Of a DNA stretch of 64,000 nucleotides, positions 34,677 through 47,667 are shown one piece after another. Location of the stretch: NCBI GenBank assembly GCA_937625935.1, contig OW569368.1, positions 424,978 through 488,977 on the forward strand, read 5' to 3'. Under the pieces are notes generated by a model. The model was given only the letters and a program-made list of their open reading frames with translations. It did not search any database and had not been told where the DNA came from. Source of the stretch: Tetramitus jugosus (taxonomy: Eukaryota; Protista; Heterolobosea). Every line of letters begins with the position of its first letter. Within the stretch, counting starts at the first letter, position 1. Made by a program: the position numbers and the translations under genes.

Positions 34677-35915
34677 ATGATGAAGAAGGTTATTATTTTG
34701 GCATTGTGCTTGGTTGCACTGTTTGCTCTTTTGAGCTCCACTGAGGCAAGATCTCCACTTGTGGCTCAGATTGAACGCTCTCGTCGATTCAACAACCACT
34801 TGAAGAACAGGATTCACAAGTTGAAGAAGGAGTTGAACACTCTCTCTGATGCTATGATTGAATCATCTCCAAAGGCTGACAACTGGTGCCCTCCTCAAAA
34901 GGACACCAAGACTGATGAAGATATCAACAAGTTGATTGCTTCCATCCAAACTGAAAAGTGCTTGGATGGTCAATTGAGAACATTGAACAACTTCATCAAC
35001 CTTGATTCTTTGAGTTTCACTGGTGCTCAAGCATTGAAGATCATTCCTCAATTCTCTGAGTTTGTCTTTGTTCAATCCGCTGTCATTGACATGTTGAGAC
35101 CAAAGATCTCTGGTATCTACATCTCTGAAGCAGTCCAATTGTTGTCCAAATTGGCTTCTTCTTCTGAAAAGTTGAAGTTGTTGGAATCATTGAAGAACAC
35201 TATTTATGAACTTGTTGATAACAAGCAAGCTCTGATTGACTTGTTCACCTCTCCAGCTGACAAGGCACAAGCAGAACAAATTTTGTTGAATGCCAAGGGA
35301 AGAAACTGCATCTTCGGATCTGTTGATGAACCTGAAGTGGCTATCGTCATTGATGTTTCTGGAAGTATGGAAGTTGTTTTCAAGAAGCCAGATGGAACTC
35401 AACTTGATAGAATCACCTATGTGAAGGAACAACTCGTTTCTTTGATTGCTGGATTGCAACCAAACCAATTGTTCAACATCTATCATTTCTCTGGTGACGT
35501 TAAGATTTGGTCCGATGCTCCAGTTCAAGCCACAGCAGAAAACGTTGAAAAGGCTCTTGCTTATGTCAAGGCTCTTGAAACTAGATGGACTGGTACGAAC
35601 ATTAGTGATGCTCTCAAAGCTGCATTCCAAAAGGGAACTGCCAACTTGAAGGCAATCTACTTGTTGAGTGATGGTCAACCAAATGGCGGAATTACTGATT
35701 TGGCCAGAATGAAGGCTGAAATTGCTCAATGGAACAAACAAAGACAAACTCCAGTTGTTGTCAACACTGTCGCTTTCACCCTTGGACACTACTTGGCAGC
35801 AACTAAGGAGAGTGAAACTGCAGCTCAGAAGAAGAATGCCACCATCTTTATGAGAGGTATCGCTGATGTCACTGGAGGAATGTACAAGATGTTTGATGAC
35901 GGTACTCACGGTTAA
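34677..35915 (+). CDS. Secreted von Willebrand factor A domain protein
   Basis: Signal peptide MMKKVIILAL...; MIDAS DVSGSM, GTN, LLSDGQPN; TATAAAA at ~34552. Confidence 0.85.
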   Translation: MMKKVIILALCLVALFALLSSTEARSPLVAQIERSRRFNNHLKNRIHKLKKELNTLSDAMIESSPKADNWCPPQKDTKTDEDINKLIASIQTEKCLDGQLRTLNNFINLDSLSFTGAQALKIIPQFSEFVFVQSAVIDMLRPKISGIYISEAVQLLSKLASSSEKLKLLESLKNTIYELVDNKQALIDLFTSPADKAQAEQILLNAKGRNCIFGSVDEPEVAIVIDVSGSMEVVFKKPDGTQLDRITYVKEQLVSLIAGLQPNQLFNIYHFSGDVKIWSDAPVQATAENVEKALAYVKALETRWTGTNISDALKAAFQKGTANLKAIYLLSDGQPNGGITDLARMKAEIAQWNKQRQTPVVVNTVAFTLGHYLAATKESETAAQKKNATIFMRGIADVTGGMYKMFDDGTHG

Positions 35916-36279
35916 GAAGCTATGATCGAGTCGAGGAATGCTGTTGTAAAGCATGGATTGATTGATAGACAAGAACTTGCACTCAAATTAGTTCGTCTGT
36001 CTATCAAGAAATAAAACCTCTCCTTTCTTAGAAATTCAATTCCAGACAATTTGAAACTTTGAAACATGATCGTTTCTGTTTTCCGGCCTTCTGTACGATA
36101 CTTTGAGCAGTAGATGATCCCAAAGACGGCGAGAATAATCACTCCAACATCGTTCTCTTTGTTTTATAGTAACGGAACATGTTACTGAAGATGTTGACTG
36201 ATTCATGTGGTATTGATGTTATCATCTTTGAGCGGTAGGAGTATGCCAAGGGCATTGTCGCTTCGCGTTTATTACAAGT

Positions 36280-36819
36280 CTACTTGAAATAAGAATATCC
36301 AGATACACAAGTGTGTATCATTATAGCTAGGAATATCAGTACCATCATCCAGTCCCTGAATTGTTGAGTTGATTTTTGCTCTTGTTTGACGAGGAATGCA
36401 TTAATTTTTCTACGGTAATCATTGATCTCAACATAAGCACTTCTTGAATCATTTCTATCACCAATCTGAATTCGTAACAGATCTATACCTCTGTTGATTA
36501 CAATACTATCAAAGACTGCTAACTTCAAAGTTGGTTCCACCTCCTGCAATAAATTCAGAATATAAGTCGATCGTTGACAGCATCAATAGCAATAAGCTCA
36601 GCATCTATCTCTACTTTTCTTTTCAATTCACCCCAATTAATCTCCAATCCTCTATCAGTCTGTAACAAGTCGGTTTCATCAATTTGAAATGTGCTCACAG
36701 CTTTGTCCTGTAGACTTCTAGTTCTTGGGAACACAACAGCACTACAAAGAACATTGATTTTAACATCATTAGAGATTGTTGTCAAATAATCCGAAAGGCT
36801 GTGTTTTAGGTACTCCATC
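36280..36819 (-). other. Hypothetical tail-anchored protein split into two ORFs (frameshift or small intron near 36550)
   Basis: Two consecutive minus-strand ORFs; the second ends in a TM helix; no recognised family. Confidence 0.35.
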
Positions 36820-37149
36820 GTCGTTTGTTTTCTTGCACAATGACTGCGAAATTGTAACGATCGGGGAACTGGGTTCAGCAACAATAAAAAGTGCCTCTGT
36901 ACAGCCACTATAATAGTACCTGCCTTTTCAGCTCTAATACTTCCTCACTCCGTTCTACACAATTCATGGGAGATAATAAACTTCCAAATACCAACCAAGG
37001 TTACAATCAGAGAATTTGGTTGAATGACCTTCCTGTTTTGCAATGGTGGGAAATTCGTTTTCAGTGTTGACGAGAACGGTTTTTGTTGGAATCACAGACT
37101 GTTTCAACAATAACAATCAAGATTGAATGTCTTGTTTATTTGAATGATT

Positions 37150-38466
37150 TTAATCAGATGAGGCTGCCAAAGTGCTCAAAGTAGGTAAGATCGGATCAGG
37201 TGGACCTGAGAACTTGGTTTGGATGAATGTTTTGATCACACCCTTTTCCTTGGCATCAAAGTACTTGTAAACGAGAGGAATATCCTCCAATTGGAATCTA
37301 TGAGTGAGTATAGTCTTGAAAGCAGTATCCAACTTGCCAGTTTGAATATACTTTGAGAGAATATCTTTCCAATACTTTTGAACAGGAGCTTGACCACCAC
37401 CAATGAAGCGAATACCCTTTTCCATGATACCACCAACATTGACATGGTTGGAGTAAGCAGCATAATCTGCAATCAGTACAATTGTTCCAAATTTTTTGAC
37501 CAATTTGATCATTTCATTTAGTACTTCACTCGAATCAGTCTCCAATCCTACTGCTCTCTCAATCTTGTGCAAGAGAGTTTTAGTGTATCGGAAACCTGCA
37601 CAATCAATTGCTCTGTCGATTCCACCTGGACAAATTTCTTGAATAGTTTTAACTGGATCTTGTTCATCAAAATTGACAGTTTCAACACCGAGAAAGTCTT
37701 CAGCACGCTTCAAACGATCAGGTACATTATCAATGAGGATGATTCGTGAAGCACCCATGATTTTGGCCCAGGCACAGCATAACAAACCAATTGGTCCAGC
37801 ACCCCAGATTCCCACAACATTACCCTTCTCAAAATTTGCTTCTACACATGCATGATAACTGGTACAGAGCACATCACTGAGATAGAGACCCTTCTCATCT
37901 GGAACATCATCTGGCAAAGGTAACAAGTTGACATCTCCGAATGGAACACGAACATACTCTGCTTGTCCTCCAGCAAAACCAGATGTGAAATGGGAATAAC
38001 CGAAGATAGCAGCAAAGCGATGACCATACAGATCATTCATCAATTTGGAATCATTGGTAGTGTCACACATGCTTGATAAGCCCTTCTTACAGTATTCACA
38101 CTTACCACAAGCAATTTGGAAAGAGCAGACAACTCGTTGACCAACCTTCAACTTACACTCAGGTCCCACTTCATCCACTATACCACAAAATTCATGACCG
38201 AGAATATCTCCAGATCTCATCTCAAAAATCTCTTTATGATACAAGTGGAGATCAGATCCACAGACAGTTGTACCTGTTACTCTCACAATGGCATCTTGAG
38301 GTTCAGTAACAGCAGGTACCGGTGTATCAATCACACGAACATCCTTATCACCAAACCATGCTACAGCCTTCATGGTTTCACCCTTGCGAGTTTTGTACTC
38401 GGGACTTGTTGTCGTGGGAATATCACCACTCAATTTCTCATAAACATTACTCAATAGATTTGCCAT
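37150..38466 (-). CDS. Zn-dependent medium-chain dehydrogenase, formaldehyde dehydrogenase-like (YbdR-type)
   Basis: CGSDLHLY, GHEFCG, CGKCEYC...C, GGQAEYVRVP, LSDVLCT and GAGPIG motifs. Confidence 0.93.
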   Translation of the reverse strand: MANLLSNVYEKLSGDIPTTTSPEYKTRKGETMKAVAWFGDKDVRVIDTPVPAVTEPQDAIVRVTGTTVCGSDLHLYHKEIFEMRSGDILGHEFCGIVDEVGPECKLKVGQRVVCSFQIACGKCEYCKKGLSSMCDTTNDSKLMNDLYGHRFAAIFGYSHFTSGFAGGQAEYVRVPFGDVNLLPLPDDVPDEKGLYLSDVLCTSYHACVEANFEKGNVVGIWGAGPIGLLCCAWAKIMGASRIILIDNVPDRLKRAEDFLGVETVNFDEQDPVKTIQEICPGGIDRAIDCAGFRYTKTLLHKIERAVGLETDSSEVLNEMIKLVKKFGTIVLIADYAAYSNHVNVGGIMEKGIRFIGGGQAPVQKYWKDILSKYIQTGKLDTAFKTILTHRFQLEDIPLVYKYFDAKEKGVIKTFIQTKFSGPPDPILPTLSTLAASSD

Positions 38467-38855
38467 ACTGTGTGTGCGTATACAAGTTGTAGATTATTTT
38501 TGTTTGAAAAACCAGTTGTTGGATCGAACCGAACACTCTTATATCTTGTCGATCTGAGATCTATAACCAAAAAACGTGGTCAACCATTATGATCAAATTT
38601 TAGCTGGCTAAGTCCCAAGATGGAAAGAGAAATACCCGTTCCGACATTTTGGTTGTGTGAACGGACCATACAACGCGTATTGTTGATAAAACAAAGCGCC
38701 AAAATTCCAAACAGCTGATTCATCCCTTTTCTTTCCTTTGTTGTCGCACGTGACTAACACCACAGAAACATGGATTCGAGTGAAGAATATGGTAATTGGT
38801 CTAATTAGAACTTGTCAAGTCATAGTTCAACTACTAATGGTATTTATTGGATCAT

Positions 38856-39584
38856 TTATCCAAAGTACTTAACACAAGTTGCATTGCACAAATGTTCAGC
38901 CCACTTTGCAATTGGACATCTAAATCTGTTCTTGGACAAGTTACAGGCTTGCAAGAATGGAGCTGGCATGGCAAGATCTTGAGGAAATCCGGTGAGTTGG
39001 TTACCACTCAAGTCCAAATACTGCAACTTAAACTTTGAGTATAGACCAGCAAAGGAAGATGGCATGACACCAGTGAATGAATTTCCACTGAGGTTTAATC
39101 TAGTGAGTCTTTGAAGCTGAGTAATTTGAGTTGGGAACTCAGTTGAGAAGAAGTTATCAGACAAATCCAATGAAGACAAGCTTTGCAACTCATTGAAAGA
39201 TTTTGGCAAGGTCTTGAGTGAGTTAGACTTCAACAACAAAGTAGTCATTTGCTTCAATGCTCCAAAAGTCTCTGGAATAGCTCCCTGCAACTTATTAGAA
39301 GATAGATCCAGTGCATCTAATCTAGTCAAACTTCCAATCGAATCTGGAATCTTACCATTCAAGTTATTGTTGTGTAATTTCAACTTGGTTACATAGGAAT
39401 AAGCATCGCAAGTAACACCGTTCCACTGACAATAGTTCTTTGACTGCAACCAGTTGCCTCGGTCTTTCCAACTGAAACCATCAGTTTGTTCAAACAAGTC
39501 GCTGAGTGCAATAAATTGGCTATCAAGTGCAAAAGCTGTGTAGAACAAGCAGACAAGGAGCAAGGATAAGAGAACTTTCTTCAT
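38856..39584 (-). CDS. Secreted plant-type LRR protein (LRRNT cap + LRRs)
   Basis: Signal peptide; W..NW....YCQWNGVTC cap; LxLxxNxLxGxIP repeats. Confidence 0.9.
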   Translation of the reverse strand: MKKVLLSLLLVCLFYTAFALDSQFIALSDLFEQTDGFSWKDRGNWLQSKNYCQWNGVTCDAYSYVTKLKLHNNNLNGKIPDSIGSLTRLDALDLSSNKLQGAIPETFGALKQMTTLLLKSNSLKTLPKSFNELQSLSSLDLSDNFFSTEFPTQITQLQRLTRLNLSGNSFTGVMPSSFAGLYSKFKLQYLDLSGNQLTGFPQDLAMPAPFLQACNLSKNRFRCPIAKWAEHLCNATCVKYFG

Positions 39585-40172
39585 TATGGTGTTGGTTGTT
39601 TACTTTTCTTTTTGAGTGCGTGGAACCTTTTAAATCATAGGTTGAGTTCAAACGTGGAAACGAACTAACACAGCTATGGGTAGGTTGAGTGGCATCGCCC
39701 GAAGTGCGACATTCAATATTTGACAACAGGGGGTTCGCACAAGGAGCATTTTTTGGTATCTCCACGGAATGGAGAGAAATGTGACAGATCAAAATTTCCC
39801 AGCTCAGGTCAGAATTACCAGGCGTAACTCCCTGTCGATTCGCCCGAAAAGACATTCGGTACACCTTAATCTAAGATATCCCTATTCTGCTTCGCCACTC
39901 AAGCAAATGACTGTGGTACTCTTTCTTTCTGTAATGATGCTTGTTATAATCCAGCCCAGTACACTTGTCACAATGGACCGTGAGCTCTGTGACTGATTGA
40001 ATGAATGCCTAGTTCTTTTGACACTCACACCAAGTGGCCAACATATGTGTCACCCGTCAAGTCTCCAAGGGTGCAACCAACGTCTGAAGCAAAAAAGTGG
40101 GTTCAATTTGATTCATGAAGAATCGATCATCAATAATTATTCAACAAAAAAAATTAAGGCTGCATCACACGC

Positions 40173-41262
40173 TATGACATCACAACCATCAGTGTCGGAT
40201 ATCACAAATTCCTTCCTGAATCATGATACCTCAAGTCCAACAGGATCTCTATTTTCTCGACCGATGAGTCATCGACCTTCACACTTCTTCCAGTGTGGTT
40301 CATCATTGTATTTTATTAACACACACCACAAACATTCACAATTCGTTCATGAGTTAAACACTGAGACTAACGAGTGGATGACTCCTTATCGCTTAGGAGC
40401 ACTTCATGGACTTGGAGTCAATTATTTCACAATGGCTTCAAGTGGTCGTGTTCGTGGTTGGGATAAGGCTTATTGGTACGGTGGATCAGAAATGTACTGT
40501 TATACACCAATGAACATGCTGATCGAATATGATGACGCAAAAAAAAGTTGGAACAAAGTGGAACCAACAGTTGCCATTGACTCAACTGGTGGTGAGTACC
40601 CGGGTCTTGTTTATTGTCATGCATCAGACTCTCATGGAGATTGTTTAATTACATTTAGTGGATACAATGACCAGGCAGAAGTAGGTGAAGAAACTTACTT
40701 GAATGAGTTGCACAGATTCGATTTTGAATCAATGGCATGGAGTAAAATACCATATGTTGATGGACCGAGTCCTCGCTCCGGTGCATCAATGGTATACTTG
40801 CCAGAACTTGATGCAGTGTTAATGTATGGTGGGAGTGAGAAGTTTGATGAGCTATGGATGTTGAAGTTGAAAGATTACACTTGGAAACAAGTGGTAGCAA
40901 TGGGAAAAGCACCCAACAATCATAGTCTATGTATTGTGGGACTAGATACGAGATTTGTTGTACTTCAACAACACGAAGCAACAAGAGAAATGCAAATCTT
41001 TATATTGAACTGCAAAACTTTGCACTGGCAAATGTATAATACCGGTTTAGTGTTGGGATATTCAGGATTTGCGGCAGTATTTCAACCAAAACTTGACAAT
41101 CTGGAGCAGCTTTTGCTCTATTTGACATTGGGAGATCAATATCAAATCTACTCAATTGATCTATGTTGTTCTAAGATTCCTCAAAAACTATATGAAGCAT
41201 ACCAAAGACATCATTTGTGTGACGTCACAATCCAATACAATAATCAAAGGACATCGGACTGA
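40173..41262 (+). CDS. Kelch-repeat protein
   Basis: YGG/FSG..N.LH.FD.....W Kelch motifs; PSPRSG. Confidence 0.8.
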
Positions 41263-43055
41263 CTCAGTTCAGTTTTTACCGAAAAAATTTGTAAAGGAAA
41301 CTAGTTTACCGACTCTCGTAACAGAATCTCCCTATTTTGAACATTTCCTCTTCTTCCATTTTTGGTGCTCTATTTTCAGAAGCTTACAAAATCATTGTCT
41401 AGGCATGAACTCCTTCAACCAAATTCTGTTGTCTCACGGTATTTCACCAGCTGTTAGTCTTGAATTGAATAATTTGATGAATTTTAGCCATGGTGGCGAT
41501 ATGAAAGTGAAGTTGCAACACCTAAAGTTGGTCAATAATGATGAAGGTATATTCCGTTCTTCCTCTTCCAATTCACATTCCAGTCCAATAGAGGTTACAC
41601 GTAAGTGGATCAAGAGAAATTTGAAAGAGTACAAGCAAACTTTAACATCTATCCAATGTGACAAATTCTCATTAGACACATTGGAGATGATGTTGGATGA
41701 TTTCCTTGCACTGACATCCATTCGAGCCAATCTTCAATTTGGATCATCGATGAATGCCGGTGATTCAATGGGTCAGAGTTTAGCACTCGAAGATTTGGGC
41801 TTGGAGTCCTCAATGGTCACACTGATCGAATCTCCCAGAGTGCATGCACAAGAAGAGACATTAGGTGTAAGGTTGATGAAGAGTCAGTTATCCAACTTGG
41901 ATTTGATGTGGGACAAGTTAACTTGTCGTTAGAAACTTAAAGTTTGCTGTCCCATTCAAGTACAAGAGATCATCCAACAAGAAGGAAAGAACAGATTAAT
42001 CACTGGAATTGAGTGGAAATATCTCTGTTGATGATAATTTTATGGTCAATGCAACACATTAGGTTGTTGACAGACCCGAGTCGAATGAGGTATCCTGAAT
42101 TCGTGTTCAACATTGACAGTACCGTGGGGAGCGGATATTTGCTGTTATTTTAATCTCACGATGTTTAATTGTTCAAATGTTGGATGTGGTCAAGACACTG
42201 ACAAAGCTTCTATGGTCATTAATGGTGTGCAAAACTATCTTGTGTCTGCGATTGCTTATCTTCCATTCTCTCCAAATCCATATCTCCAAAATTGGAATGA
42301 AAGAGGAATGTGATTCATGTACGTTACGACTCTTACCACATTAATCTGATGCAGAAGCAGCGACACACCAATATGTTACTGTTTTTCTTGTCGTAGATGA
42401 AAACATCCGGGCACACTCCATTACAAAGAAATGAAAAAAGTTTTGTGACTTCGCAACAGATTTGCCATTACGATATTGCCCCGGATTGGAAACGCGATTT
42501 TGCTTGAGCATATAAGAATTATGTCCACTGGAAGATGACCATTATGGCTTCACTCTTGCTCTTCTCTGTCACTTCCATCAATACACAGTGCCTCGATATG
42601 ATTCTCAATGCAATGTGGAGGGTGAGGTCCTGAATTTTGAGAGCAAGAAGCTCAGAGTACAAGCCATACCTACCAAGCCCAGACGAACCAAGACCCTTTT
42701 GGCACGTTGTTCATTGGTTGAAGTGTATACCCAACACTTGTTGAAACCAAATGGCGAGTCCCATGTTATGCTGGTTATTGTTAAATGAATGGACATCTTC
42801 TGTAAATATATATATATAGTCCTTACGCATGTAATCATACATATCTAATATCAAAATCAAAACTAATTTTCATTCCAGATGATGATTTGCACTTATGAGG
42901 TCATCATCATGAGAACTATATCCTATCTTGGCGTGATTGGCTTGTTCGAAACAAGGCGGGTTGTTCGCTAAAAGAGGGAAGCATCTACAGAGTTTATCAT
43001 TCATTAATTCACATCTAGAACATCTCACAGTGCACGAGCGCACACAAAGAATTAT

Positions 43056-43595
43056 TTACTTTGGCTGGGAAGTGCCACATCTTCTGAAATCTTCCTTTGA
43101 CGCATGAAGAGCTTTCTTCTGGGATTTCAATGCATTCATTGCATTGATCTTTGCCAAGTTCTCTTCATCTTTTTCCTTCATTTCTTCACTTTTTCTCAAA
43201 ATATCATCGATCATCTTTGGTGATAATCGACTATTGTAGTTAACGATGGTGATATGTTCTTCCTGTCCATTGGTCATATCCTTGGCAGAAACGTTTAGAC
43301 TACCGTTGACATCCAATTTGAAGGTGACCTCAATGTTTGGAACACCTCTTGGTGCAGGTGCGATACCAAACAATTCAAACTGATGCACAAGGTTGTTGTC
43401 TTTGGTCATAGGTCTCTCACCTTCGAACACTCGAATCAAAACACTTGATTGTTCATCAGCATAAGTGGTGAAGATTTGGGACTTGTTGCATGGCATAGCT
43501 GTGTTTCTCTGAATCAACCTGGTCATAACACCACCAGTTGTCTCAATACCCAAAGACAATGAAGCAACATCGAGTATCATCGTTTGTTTTTTCAA
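43056..43595 (-). pseudogene. Hsp70 substrate-binding-domain fragment (no ATPase domain)
   Basis: [49 protein letters not shown]; upstream sequence is not Hsp70. Confidence 0.8.
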
Positions 43596-44415
43596 TTCTT
43601 CTATGTTTGTTAGTAGTTGTTTGATTGTTGGTTCATATCTCTTGATCGTGCCTTCCAGAATGACTTGGATCAGAAATGAGCATTTGGGTGGAAACCAAGT
43701 CTGCTGAGCCGGAATGCAATCGGAAGTATTTTCAAAAAGTTCCTTTCCGTAATTCTGGGAGTTCCATTATTCGTATGCACTTTGATCTACGATATTCCAA
43801 TCACCATATCGCCAACAAACAAAGCCATAGATGTCCATTCATCTCGTTACATTCCAAATCGGGACTCATTTGCGCATCTGAAGAACTTTCATCTAAAATC
43901 TGGGTGCTGTGTGATACTTCCGAGGCAAATGTCATATGTGTACTCAATCAATGAGACGAATTGAGTACTCTTTCTTACTGTCCTTGTTCGAGGAGCGAGA
44001 TGGATGAAGAATCGACAGTTTTGCCCTCGTCATTTTCATCGGACCAAGTCTTGTTGTCAACCGCAGAACAATACCTGTACCTTCAACGAGGGTACTCTTA
44101 CTGTGAGATATAGATATTACTGATCACAGAAATATTTCGGAGGTTTTATGCCATGGTTCTGATTTCATGTCTGGATGGCGAATTGTTCAAGTAGTTATTC
44201 GTGAAACAATGGAATTGCACTCACTCGATTGTATGACATTCTGGTAATCTGCCGCTACAATCCTCTGAAGAACAGAGTGATGTATCGGATATGTTGACTG
44301 TATTTGGTTCAATTGAAGATCAAGTAGATCCAAATTAACTTTATTAGGAATTTAATAAAACGAAAGTGCATTCGGATCGGTAGCTGGTAGATTCATCATT
44401 TCAATAGATTGTTCT

Positions 44416-45714
44416 TTACTTGATCAAGTTCTTGACGGAAGCCTTCTCAGATTCTAATTCAGCAACAGACTTCTTGATCTTTGCCTCTTGACTCTTATCA
44501 AGTACGCCTTCAACAACTCTGACCTTTCCATTTCCTTCACAAATAACTGGAACAGATACCCAGACACCGTTACTTCCAACAATACCGTCAATTGGCAAGG
44601 CCATAGATGTCCAGTCACCTCGTGACTTTCTTTCTTGGGAGAATCCATTGACCCAATCCCTCATGTGCTTAATAGCAGCATCAGCAGCAGAAGCAGCAGA
44701 ACCTAATCCACGAGCTTGAATAATTTCAGCACCACGTTGTTGAACGGATGGAGTAAAAACTTGGTCTAACCACTTGTTGTCAACCAACTCCATGACAGAC
44801 TTGACAGTTCCATCAGCATTGTGAACCTTTGCATGGGTGACATCGGGAACTTGTGTAGCAGAGTGATTACCCCAGATGGTAAAGTTAGAGAGTTGTGTAA
44901 CGTTGACACTAAGTATTTCAGCAACTCGAGCCAAGGCACGTTCATGATCTAATCTAGTCATAGCTGAGAATTGCATCTTGTCAAGCTTTGGTGCATTGTT
45001 TGCAGCAATCATTGCATTGGAGTTTGCAGGATTACCAACAACAAGAGTCAAGACAGCAGAGTTTGCATATTGGTTCAAGAGTTGACCTTGTTTTTGAAAG
45101 ATGACGCCATTGTCTTTCAATAAGTCAGATCGCTCCATACCCTTAACTCTTTGCTTAGCACCAAGTAAGAAAGCATAGTCAACACGTTTCCACATGGTAT
45201 CATTAGAACCGGTTTGAATTTCGTTCATCAATGGGAAAGCACAATCTGCAACTTCCATAGCAACACCCTTGATAGCGTTCTCCATTTCTGGAATATCAAT
45301 CAATCTCAAATTAACAGGTGTATCATAGCCAAACACTTGACCAGTCAAAATTCTTGGAATCAATGAATAAGCAATCTGACCACTTGCACCAGTAACAGCA
45401 ACAGTGACTGGTTGTTTCAAGAATCGAGGTTTTGTGAAAGGATCAATATTAGCGAAACGCAACATTGCTCCCATCTCACAAGCAGATTGGATAGAATAAG
45501 CGAAGGCATTAACATCTTTATCAATCAACACTCTCAAAGACGCAAGATCGACTTGTCTTTGCTGACTCTCCTTTTGTGAAGCCATCAATCTGGACACAAT
45601 TTGAAACACAAGTTGTTTGCTGGTACTTTCTCCCTTGTGGGAGCATGACAAAGTACGGACACCGCCGTATTTTCTATTCTTTGTGTTCTTGATCAATGAA
45701 AGAGCACGTCTCAT
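44416..45714 (-). CDS. MDH: Malate dehydrogenase (cytosolic/type-2-like) with N-terminal extension
   Basis: VAVTGASGQIAYSL, GMERSDLL, VVGNPAN, MTRLDH.RA, WGNHSATQ.PD and VQQRGAEII.ARG motifs. Confidence 0.95.
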   Translation of the reverse strand: MRRALSLIKNTKNRKYGGVRTLSCSHKGESTSKQLVFQIVSRLMASQKESQQRQVDLASLRVLIDKDVNAFAYSIQSACEMGAMLRFANIDPFTKPRFLKQPVTVAVTGASGQIAYSLIPRILTGQVFGYDTPVNLRLIDIPEMENAIKGVAMEVADCAFPLMNEIQTGSNDTMWKRVDYAFLLGAKQRVKGMERSDLLKDNGVIFQKQGQLLNQYANSAVLTLVVGNPANSNAMIAANNAPKLDKMQFSAMTRLDHERALARVAEILSVNVTQLSNFTIWGNHSATQVPDVTHAKVHNADGTVKSVMELVDNKWLDQVFTPSVQQRGAEIIQARGLGSAASAADAAIKHMRDWVNGFSQERKSRGDWTSMALPIDGIVGSNGVWVSVPVICEGNGKVRVVEGVLDKSQEAKIKKSVAELESEKASVKNLIK

Positions 45715-45923
45715 ACCTTTTGTTTGTCTGCACGTCGAGTTCTTCCAAACAAGTACTAAAAAAAATGCTTGCTATCATAACTGCCGTTTATGTTCCATCT
45801 ACCGCGAGTCAGAACTTTCCAGTTTTAGCTTGGATTTGATATTACTTCCAATCAACAAACCAAAGCAGAAAAACATGCATTCCCTTGGAGTACAGTATCA
45901 TGTGAAACATAAAATGAGTTCTG

Positions 45924-46202
45924 AAGTTCCCGAGATTTTCTAAAGTTGCCAGTTGCCCCTTTGACTACTTCGTTTGCCGTTGCCCCACCATGTACTGCTC
46001 TAACATGTTAACCATCTCCAGCATGTCTATCTCCACCATTCTCCAAGATTACAACATGTCTATCTCCACTCAACACATCACTCAACCCCTCCCATCATTC
46101 TTGTATGTCTCTCAGGTACCTTTATAACCCTTTATAACTGTTTCATGTTTCATCCATGTTAGGTAGGGGCAACTGACAACTCCAGAAATCCTGAGGCAAC
46201 TT
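45924..46202. mobile_element. Degenerate MITE-like element with ~38-bp imperfect terminal inverted repeats
   Basis: AAGTTCCCGAGATTTTCTAAAGTTGCCAGTTGCCCCT (45924-45960) versus reverse complement of 46165-46202; internal direct repeat CATGTCTATCTCCAC x2. Confidence 0.6.
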
Positions 46203-47667
46203 TATCAAGTGGGCACATCATAAGAGTCTTCAAGTAGCACACAATAAACCATGTTTAATCGGTTTCATTCTCTTTATTGGTTTCATGTTGTACTCTTCTT
46301 GTTGCCATGCTCCTCCATGCATGATTCACACATTAGAACCTCCACTTCTTCACTGTACTGCACTTGATCATAGCAGAAGAGTCTCTCACATTTGACACAT
46401 TCCTGTTCGCAGCCAGAACAAGACAGGTAACAAAATAGACACTACTTCAACCAACACTACTAACGACAAATCGCACCACTGAGTAGAGAATGTTGATTTG
46501 GTACCCCATTGAGCTTGCATGAGTGAACCTTCTGCTGCATGAAACAGAATCTCAGAATAAAGATCCTTTCTTGAGATAGAGTCTGCCTTCCCAGAATCGA
46601 CAAACTGGAGATCAACCTGAGTTACAATAACTCTCCATTCTCTCCAAGTACGTTGACTCATCTTGAATTTGGATCAAATCACAAATTCACAAACTTAAAG
46701 TATGTCTATTGATGATTGTTTGCACGCATGTTCATTCTAATCGATTTTCTACTGACAGTTATGCGCAATTACTCGGAGAAAATGAAATGAGGTAGTCTGA
46801 ATCATGATAACTTGGAAGTTTTGATTATAGATCGTCCCTTACCTAATAGAGCCATCAATGGTCACAAGGAGCTACAAATGAGTAACTTTGATAATCTGCA
46901 AAGAATGAACAGAGCTAGTTCTTTGATTATATCGTTAACAAGTTCTTCGCTGTCCAATTTGCTCATATCTTTGCAATCTATCCTCTTTAGACAACCCTGG
47001 GTCTGGAATAAAAATTGAGCTAATTGTTCTGCATCTTGAATCTGCAGAATATTACTCAATCTGGTGGACAGAGGTATTTTTCTTGCCTCTGGTGACTGCA
47101 TCCTCTTCCTTTTAATCCATGGTCTTTGAGGAGATGTTCAACTGTCCAAGGTAACAGGAGCATTGCCAGTGATCCGAGTCATCTGATTCTGTATTCTCCT
47201 GCTCGAACAATCCGGTGCTTCCAACGTCGAAGTCTAGCTTCTAGACCACATTGAAAGGAGCATTGAATGGAGTTGAATGGGATGCGTTTGTAGATGAAGA
47301 TCTAACTACCTGTTGCCGAATACCTAACAAGCTCTCCTGGCCAATATTGTTGCTATTGGACAAAATATATGGCTGTTGTTTCCTCAATCCTTTTATCCTG
47401 GTCTGCCTGAGCAAGATTATTGGAGCATTGATGAAATGGAACATGTTCATCTAGTGGGTTGCATTCAAGCTATTGTTGTTAATTGCGAAAAGTTCAACTC
47501 TCTTTTTGTTTGATACTGGGGATGATACCTTGTATGGTCCACTATCTACATTTGAAGAGACGATACTCAACTAGAGTCTGTGAGAGGTTTACCTATATCT
47601 GGATCATAGATATGAATTAGGACAGATTGGAACAATTCAGGATGCATTTTATAGTGATAACGAGAGT

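Noticed and set aside
46386-47454. Short ORFs between MDH and the cyclase pseudogene (also 41156-42838, 51822-52431)
   Set aside because: Probably gene debris, but no family is recognisable from sequence alone.
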